DNA of 64,000 nucleotides from Eukaryota sp. TZLM1-RC (lineage: Eukaryota; Protista; Metamonada: BaSk clade), in assembly GCA_040285825.1 (NCBI GenBank), contig JAUPSS010000003.1, positions 2,852,001 to 2,916,000 on the forward strand, read 5' to 3'. Position 1 is the stretch's first letter. Every line of letters starts with the position of its first letter. The notes under the pieces are model-generated. The model saw only the letters and a program-made list of their open reading frames with translations. It ran no database searches and had not been told where the DNA came from. Below are positions 55,820-64,000 of the stretch, piece by piece. Both the position numbers and the translations under genes were made by a program.

Positions 55820-58260
55820 GGCCATACGTTTACGAGCCGAGCAGCATATAATTTTATAAAGATCATTTTCATACAATCCAGTCAGTCGTTTTTGTAAATC
55901 ATGAGAAGTGTATTTTAAATTTAAATAATTTTTCCGGGAATATTGCCATTGAAATATTGGGGAAAGCATCGACTCCATTTTCTATATCGATTTTTGAAAT
56001 TTCATTATTTAAAGCACAAATATTAGAACTTTGCGTTGTCCATAATGAATCTTTGCAATCTGCAAATTTTCCAGAAAACCAAATATTGCATTGCTGAATC
56101 CACCGATAAAGGCACACGAAGTAACAATTGATGCCTTTGTCCAACCTGAACCGCCATAATGCGAACTAAGATAAGAAAGATCAGGGATTTGGAACATTAA
56201 TTTAAGAAGATGTTGAAAATAGTATTATCAAAATATTGGAATTAGATTTAATTAATTCAGGCCTAAACTGTTTAGGTCTTTCTAATACAAATATCGAAGA
56301 GATAGATTTTTCTAAATTTAATTCACATATTGATAATCTTGTTTTAAGCAATCGTGTCAGAAAAAATATTGAAGGTTTTATGGATTTAAATTTATATTTT
56401 GAATCAAATGAAAATAAATATCTTGCGATCTTTTCCGATCTCGTTAAAATTTACAAAAATTTAGAAACTGAAACAAATAATGGAATTAATCTAACGGATT
56501 CTTACCAAGACTACGTTAGTAAAGTCAATCAAAGTGTGACAACAACATCCACACCCGTTTTTATTTTACACCCCAATAATTGTGACAAAACTTTAGCACG
56601 CAATTCATTGAACTTCTGGGCCACAGGCCTAGTGATAAGAGGATTTGTAGGTCCAAATATATGATTGAAGTTGGAACTAAAACATATTCTTGGTAAATTT
56701 GATATGTTTCTGTACATTCATTTCATCATTTGGTCAATTTTCTTGAAACTTAAATTCTACTTATCAAACAATTCTTTGGTAACTTCATCATTATTTCGTA
56801 AAAACGAACCCAAATGATGAATAGCATCAATTGAATATAACTTGGCTTGAATTTCAATACCATCAACTATTGTTGAAACTGGAGAATTTCAAAGTAAAAC
56901 ACACATAAATAAGTTAATTCGAAGGCCAATATTATTGAATTGTTTTTTGAAACATACAGTTGCTTCTTTGACAATCGTTAAGACACCCATAAGAACAACA
57001 TCATCCATATAAGCAATCATATTTAAGGAAGGAAACATTGCTTGGATTTGTAATGTAATTGGATAAATGGCCAGACAAAACAAAAGAGGTCCTAATGGAT
57101 CTCCCTGCTCAACACCACATGATGAATTTAAAATAGAATTAGCAGAATGCAAATAAGAATTTGTGCAATATGTTGTTTGAAATTCAGGTAACAATTCTGG
57201 CAAGTAACTCAACAAAGCACTATGAATCTGCAACGATTGATTGAATTGAATGCATTGCTAAAAGACAACAACATACAAACAGTGGATTCATTTTGATGAA
57301 ATACAGAAACTGTGGCAAACACTGCTGAAGCAATTCCATCAGTGGTATTAATTCCGTATTGGAACGGTAACAAAATTCTTTTTGCTTTTTCATTGACTCT
57401 GTTTAAACAACAAGCAGAAAAAATAATGTGCAAAATTTCAGAAATTACAACTGGACGAACATCCATTTTGGAGTGCATTTTGACAAGTGCACTCAAACGT
57501 GAACATTTCAATTCTTCAAAATATTTAAGTTGACCAAATAAAACTCTATAAAAAATTATTTTAATAGAATTTGACAATCTTTTAACAAACTCACCGCAGC
57601 TTTGATATCTATAGAAAGACCAAAACGACCTGCAGACATTCCAAGTGATCTTTTTTTGATTACTGGGAAACCTTTGGTGCCATCAATGGATGGCTTTCCC
57701 AATAATCTCCATAAAAATTTTGATCTATTATTCGGTCTCCAAATGGATGTAGGATCTTGAGTTTATCTACAGTTTTTTTTTGGTTATTGGGAGTTTTGAC
57801 TCCTGGCTTTAAAGTAGACAAAGCACTAGACCACTTGTTATCAAAGCATTTATCTTCAAGATTTTTGCCTCAATTTCTCAGATGACACTTTTCTTAGTTT
57901 TTCCACGAAACCTTGTTCAAAAGGAGCACAAAAAGAACCAAAAAATTCCCAGAGAATATTGATAGCATACTTTCCTTTACATAATCGATCCAAAAATCTT
58001 TTAAAAACAAAAGCAGATTCATTGCAGTGCCACAGATATATTTCTTGAGGTATTTTTATAGGAGGTGGTCTTTTATGAATTGTCTTCTACTCTGCAGTTC
58101 AAGCATCGATCTGAGCACCACAATTGCTACAAATTTTATGCTTGATACGAGTGTTTGTTGGTTTTACAACAACTGGAGAATTATTGATCGATTTCTAATC
58201 AGATTCAATTCTTCTAGTAAATTTTCTCTTGCACTTATTTTCAAAATTTGGAGGAGAATT
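55820..58260 (-). pseudogene. Old, degenerate CRE-B-related copy
   Basis: GVEQGDPLGP, YMDD, MDVRP and KCKRKF segments are collinear with CRE-B; many stops. Confidence 0.8.
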
Positions 58261-58679
58261 AGAGGAAAGTGAAAAAAAATCATCACTAATGAATCAGTAA
58301 ATGGATTAGCAACATTAATGAATATGGTGAATCTTCAATTAATAATATCACTTCTCATGTGTTGGCATCACGTCGAATCAAGGGCACCAAGACTCTGCAA
58401 TTAAAAATTCTCACATAATTCTTTTAACAGAAAATCCACAAGACCCATTATAAGTCTGTCCAATTGCTTTCCCGCTGATACTCAAGGAATTTAGTGCAGA
58501 TGTTTGGTTTTCTTAAGACCTTAGACTAAGAAATGCAATACATGGAACCTGGATAAAATCCATCAACTGTTTCTCATATGTAATAACAGTTTATTATTGG
58601 ATTATTGGTTTTGAACAAAAGATACAACTGAATATTTATTAAGAGGATAACTAATACAAAATAGATACAAAATAACTTA

Positions 58680-59419
58680 CTAGCAGGCGCAACCTGAACC
58701 GCCACTATTGTTTGGAGTACTAAGATCTGCATCCTCTGGTAACCAAACTGGGGACACATCCTCTCTTTGCAAGGCCATTTTTGCAACAGTCTGGAAGGCT
58801 TGTTCCTATGATAAGACTGAGAACATATACAAACAATGTTATAATTCTCTTTGGCAGAAGTTTCAAAATAGGGTATATCGCCCTTAGATTGACACCATGC
58901 AGTTGCTCTCTTATTTGACACACTGCGATTTTGTTGGATATCAATTTTGTTTCCGAGAAGAACGAATGGGAAAGTCTCAACATCACTAGGAGATGCTTGG
59001 ATAAGGAATTCTTCACGCCATTGTTCTATTGTATCAAAAGTCTTCGAGTCATTGACGTCAAAAACGAGAACACAACAGTCGGCTCCGCGGTAGAAGGCAA
59101 CACCGAGACTTTGGAAGCGCTCCTGGCCAGCAGTGTCCCACATTTGCATGGTCACAAGTCGGTCATCGACCATAATTTCCTTATTGAGGAAGTCCTTCGG
59201 TAAGAATTAGGTTTTGAGAACATACAGCTCCTGCGATAAGAAAGAACAAAGTGAAACGAACCAATAGTAGCTCTGTATTGGGCGGTAAACTTTTTGTTGA
59301 CGTACTGGTGGAGAAGAGATGTCTTGCCAACACTGGAATAAGGGACTCGTCAGATGAACTTACCCAGAATCACCAAGGATGATTACTTTTAAAAGACACT
59401 TGCGACGAGTTGATGCCAT
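58680..59419 (-). CDS. RAB7: Rab7 GTPase, 5 exons (59419-59364, 59332-59262, 59230-59226, 59194-58835, 58805-58680)
   Basis: The spliced frame gives [52 protein letters not shown] and a CAC* prenylation end. Confidence 0.93.
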
Positions 59420-59526
59420 TGATTTGATGAGAAAAGTAAGATAAAATACCTATCTGCCCATTTATTGCATATAAGCAAGTTCATCACACCAGTTCAATCT
59501 TTTTCACTTGTTCAGGACCCGTTGGC

Positions 59527-59909
59527 ATGGAGGAAAACACTTATAAAACGAAACCAGACACCTACGTCAAAGTTTCCCCATTTAACCAACTTCTTGAGCA
59601 AGAAGTTTCACTACTTTTTGAAAACGTCAATTATGACCCTTCTGCCTCGGAAGAGCTTTCTTCAAAGCTCATCAAAAATCTCCATTCTAAAATACAGACT
59701 CAAGTTCCTCCACGTTACAAATTTGTTGTTGTTGTCCATGTGGGTGAACTCAAAGACCAGACCATGAGGATAACGAGCAGGTGGTTATGGGACCATCAAA
59801 CTGATAACTTCGCATCCTACTCTTACAAAAACGTTTGCAATCGTTGTTTTACTCAACTCAGGCTTCGCTTTATTGCAGTGCATCCATTTATTTTGTATAC
59901 CAAGAGTAA
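59527..59909 (+). CDS. Tctex-1 family dynein light chain (intron 59833-59861)
   Basis: ENTY, PRYKFVV.V..GE, SR.LWD..TDNFAS. Splicing yields ASLYCSASIYFVYQE*. Confidence 0.85.
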
Positions 59910-59984
59910 TCTGTACCATAAACCTGCATATTTAGATTATTTTTTATTCTATTTTTATATTTATATAATATTGATTTGTATTTA

Positions 59985-60902
59985 TTAAACATCAGTTTCA
60001 AACAATAATTCCACATCTTCGCATTCATCAACTTCCATTCCACCGTTAGTAAAACAAAACTTACACCAAAAAGAAGGATGGACACTTGACAATGGATGAT
60101 GGCCAATGATATACAGAGCCCCCCTGTCACCACAAACATCGCAAAGATGAGCGTCAGGCTTGGTATACATTGAGACACATCGAGGTGAGTCTGGTTCCCA
60201 AAAGGCAAGAGTTCTGATTGTTCTAACAATGACCAAATGTTGATGGAAAGCCCCTTTACAACCCCGGACAAAGACCAGCTCCTGACCTACAGTAGGAGAA
60301 AGATCAGCAACAGTTGAATTTGTGAGGGATCTGACATCAGCCAAACCTTGAGGAAAGCTTGTCAAGTTTTGTTCTCTTACAAAATCAAAAAAACCATTGA
60401 GAATACATGACTCATAAAGTGAAGAATCAGTATAAGCTTTGGAAGAAGAGATGAGCAGGGATTCAAAATTGGGGTTAGGTAGCAGAAAACAATTACAAGA
60501 AAAAGATGCAGCTATATCAGCAAGAGAAGATGACAAAGGGGTAACAATCTCCATGATTGGCGTCCCAGTTTCCCTGTAAAGATTACATTGGTAAAAAGAG
60601 AAAACAGCTCCAATTCTGAGGTTCGTGTCCACAATTCCAACCTCTAGAGGTGAGTTTATATTCGTGTTGATATCAAGTGTCTCTTCAGACTGTAGAACTT
60701 GATTTTTTAGGGAGGAAGATAATGATGGGAGAAGTCCAGGGTTGATTGAGTGTATGGTAGTTTGTAAAAACAGTTCAACAATTTCAAAAGGGGTACCAAC
60801 TCTGTCCTTTTCAATGAGAAAGTGCTGTGGTAGCTCGTTGTCAGGCTTGACGAACACACTTTTGAAAGTTTGTAAAGCTGAAGACAAAGTATCTTGATTC
60901 AT
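59985..60902 (-). CDS. SNAPC3: snRNA-activating protein complex subunit 3 (SNAP50)-like
   Basis: C-terminal HQHLVIV..IR, CDVC and P.FWCKFCF zinc-finger pattern of SNAP50. Confidence 0.6.
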   Translation of the reverse strand: MNQDTLSSALQTFKSVFVKPDNELPQHFLIEKDRVGTPFEIVELFLQTTIHSINPGLLPSLSSSLKNQVLQSEETLDINTNINSPLEVGIVDTNLRIGAVFSFYQCNLYRETGTPIMEIVTPLSSSLADIAASFSCNCFLLPNPNFESLLISSSKAYTDSSLYESCILNGFFDFVREQNLTSFPQGLADVRSLTNSTVADLSPTVGQELVFVRGCKGAFHQHLVIVRTIRTLAFWEPDSPRCVSMYTKPDAHLCDVCGDRGALYIIGHHPLSSVHPSFWCKFCFTNGGMEVDECEDVELLFETDV

Positions 60903-61016
60903 TCAATGGAACATAGTTGAGGATGGTGTCTGTAACAAGTGTTTGTATCAGCAAAGTTGACTGTGTTTTTCAACCCTTAAATTTCTTTTCACTCACATCC
61001 AAATCAATATCATTTA

Positions 61017-63040
61017 GGGAAAACTCCAAAATCCACACGTTTTTCAAAGATAGAACAAAATCCACACTTGCAAAACAAAATCCACACACTTTCATAGATT
61101 CACAACACAATCCACATTTCCTATGAACATTGATCTTAAACGTCTTAGGAACGATGCAACATTGGTGGCAACAGAACACAGGACGTTTGAGTCGAGATTG
61201 GACTTACAGACCTTCTTACATCAACTTGCACTTCAATACAACAAGGAATTCACAGTTGCTCCCAACAATAACAAAACGCGGTATGAGGTGAGGTGTACTG
61301 CTGCCGAATGTCCGTTCAAAATCATAGCTAGGGCACCAATAGATTCTGAGGTCTGGTGTATTACCAAAGCGGTCACCCATGCAGCAGGATGTGTAGCCTC
61401 TCCGAAGACCTATTTTCCACCCAAGATCATTGCATACATCTTAAAAGAAGACTTCAGGTGCGAGAGACCGTTTTCGCCCAAAGCGTTGGAAAAATCTAGC
61501 TCCGTCATCAAAAATGGTACATCTGCAGCACGGACAATTAGGGCTGCACAAAACTACTTATACGGTGACAGGGAATCTTCCTATAGACTCCTCCCGTATT
61601 ATTTTTCTGCTATATGTGAAAAGATGCCAGGAAGCGTGGCTTTTGTGAACTTCAATGCAGAAGGACATTTTCATAGATGTTTTTTCTCTCTTGAAGCTTC
61701 TAGTGAAGGCTTTGAATACACCAAACCACTGTTGGGATTGGATGGATGTCACATTAAGACTCAATATCTTGGTGTTTTGTTGGTTGCCACAACAGTAGAT
61801 GCAGCTGGACATACTTTTCCTCTTGCTTTTGGAGTAGTTGAAAATGAACATTATGATTCTTGGAAATGGTTTATAGAAGAGCTAAAGAAGGTTTTTGATT
61901 TGACTGGTATTACTGTCATATCTGATCGACAAAAAGGACTTATCAAGGCTGTTGGGGAAACGTTGCAAACCTCTGCTCATGCATTTTGTGTAAAGCATCT
62001 TGCCGATAATGCCAACGGTAAAGGTTCTAAAAAGGCCCGACCGTTCATATTCCGATTGGCCAAATGCGGTTCCAAAGTTGAATACGAGAAACTGTTGCGT
62101 GAAATGACGTTAGTGAGTCCAGCTGCTGCAAACTACATCCGTAATACGGCTGAACCACACCATTGGGTTGAATATCAATTTCCAGGGAACAGATGTGGTC
62201 ATGTTACCAGCAACATAGTTGAATGTGTAAATGCGTGCATTGCAGAAGCTCGTCAGCTTCCAATTGTACATATGTTAGAATCGATTAGGTCAATGTTGGC
62301 GAGATGGTTTATTACGAGAAGAACAGAAGCACGAAACTTATCATCAACTATTGTCTGCAGAGCAAATGATATTCTGGAACAGAGACTGTTACAATCTCGA
62401 GATTTAAAAGCTGTGGAATTGGACCAAGCTAAATTTGAAGTGAGGGAGAACGGCACTGTATTTACTGTCAATGTGGATTCCAACGAATGCTCATGTGGAG
62501 CTTTGGAAAAGAAGGGATTCCGTGTGTGCATTTACTCGTACTTCTTTCAGCAAAAGGAAGTAGAGGTGTTGAATTATGTTCTGAACTTCATTCAACACAG
62601 AGATTTCTCAAAACTTACAGTGGAAGAATACTCTCAGTGGACGACATAAAACTTCATTCGGTTGTGAAGCAGACGCTAGAAGACAAGATCGAATCAGATA
62701 TACAAACTCAACCTCCAATTCCTACACCGCGAGCAGGAAGACCAGGAGTCGTTAGGAAGAGGAGAAGTAATGAACCAAGAGGACCCAACAGCCGTAGCGA
62801 GAAGTTTACTGATGCAGTTGAACCAGCGCCCAAACAACGACGCAAGTACACATGTAAAGTATGTGGTGTCGAAGGACATAACGCAAGAGGATGTCCCAAC
62901 AAAGATAAAGAATAGCTAATAAACAAGATTGTGTGGATATTGATGTTTTTGGAGTTTCTGTGTGGATTGTGAAGTCTTTTGATGAAAGTGTGTGGATTTT
63001 GCTCCATTTTGAAGAAAAATGTGGAAAATGAATTTATCCC
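61017..63040 (+). mobile_element. Nearly intact MULE/MuDR DNA transposon (transposase 61123-62915, one frameshift)
   Basis: 9-bp TSD TATCATTTA at 61008-16 and 63041-49. Imperfect GGGA.. TIRs with ATCCACA repeats. LDGCH, ISDRQKGL, FCVKH, TSNIVE, SWIM and CCHC motifs. Confidence 0.95.
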
Positions 63041-64000
63041 TATCATTTAAAAAGCTTTTTAGTTCCTTCAACACATTCACAGTGTATCGTCTTCGTAATG
63101 ATGTTCCCAAAACGCTTTCATTCCAACATTCTCTGGTTCAACATCCCCTTTAAACACCCACAAACTTATCTTCAGTTATCATTGTTACTTCTTATATCCC
63201 TGCTAACGAGGTTAGGCCTCATCCATTAAACCCAGTTTGTTCCAAGTGTGCAATCAAACTGTGGAGGAAGAGTATGATGTATCAACCTTTTGCAAACGTC
63301 TGACCTTCAAATCACATAAGAAGACAAAATATTTTGCCTCTTCCACACTCACCCGGATATGCTCAAGAGCCGCAGAAGTTGACGAATCATCCTTGCGCAA
63401 AGTAGCAGATGTTGAAACGATTGATCATTTACCACGATAGATATTTCTGAATAATGTTTAAAAATATATTAATAGTGGAAACAGAATGTTTTTATTGGGG
63501 ACTCTACATAGTATAACATCATGAATCAAATACAATGTGCAGTATGAATAAAATAAAGAAACTTAAAAATGGTAACGTTGAAGTCTGATTCAATGTTATG
63601 TAACAGAAAGCTGAGATTGGGTTCATTTCGAATAAACCCAGAAAATTGTACATCTTCGCAATGGGTTTGGCAAGAGAAAACTAATCTCTGATGTACTGGG
63701 TCAAAAATCGTTGCTCGCGTGGTCTCTGAGTTAGAACTAATGATTAAGTGCATTATTCCAAACTTATTTCAAGAATTTTCATCCTTGATGAGATCGTCTA
63801 TATCTAATAGGAATTGTTGACTGGTGAAGTTCTGCAGTAAAAGAGGATTTGATAATTATGAAAGGGGTAACAGTTGATTTATCGAGAAGTGTGGTTCAAT
63901 TGAATGGAAATGGCTGCTAATTGATGACCAGCAATTTGATGACCTTACGGGATTCAACATATGATTAGCCGAGCATCTTAGTACAGAAATAAGACATGTT

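Noticed and set aside
1066-59419. Alternative genetic code (stop reassignment) to explain stops in Fanzor and Gypsy ORFs
   Set aside because: Host genes end at the expected positions with TAA (ARL1, Tctex), TAG (ZPR1, Rab7) and TGA (reductase). The broken elements also carry frameshifts.
63050-64000. Short ORFs at the right edge, and in 8700-9300 and 16500-17650
   Set aside because: No recognisable motifs or sustained reading frame, so they were left unannotated.

Overview
Compact, AT-rich eukaryotic (probably flagellated protist) genomic DNA using the standard genetic code, with 29-31-nt introns. It carries about 14 protein genes (ARL1, a ferric-reductase-like oxidoreductase, a COMMD6-like gene, ZPR1, CDKAL1/MtaB, a LAMMER/CLK kinase, an AK9-like gene, Rab7, a Tctex dynein light chain, SNAPC3 and several hypothetical proteins) and 2 tRNA genes. 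These sit in a dense pile of nested transposons: at least four families of CRE-like non-LTR retrotransposons (RT plus restriction-like endonuclease), a chromodomain Ty3/Gypsy element, MULE elements and hAT elements. The main observation is seven decayed copies from four families of Fanzor1-type (eukaryotic TnpB) RNA-guided nuclease genes, with structured 3' non-coding tails (candidate omegaRNAs). Five of the seven 3' ends lie in sense orientation immediately upstream of a host ORF. In two cases the Fanzor-derived hairpin supplies the ORF's ATG. All family assignments come from manual motif recognition; no database searches or folding programs were run.
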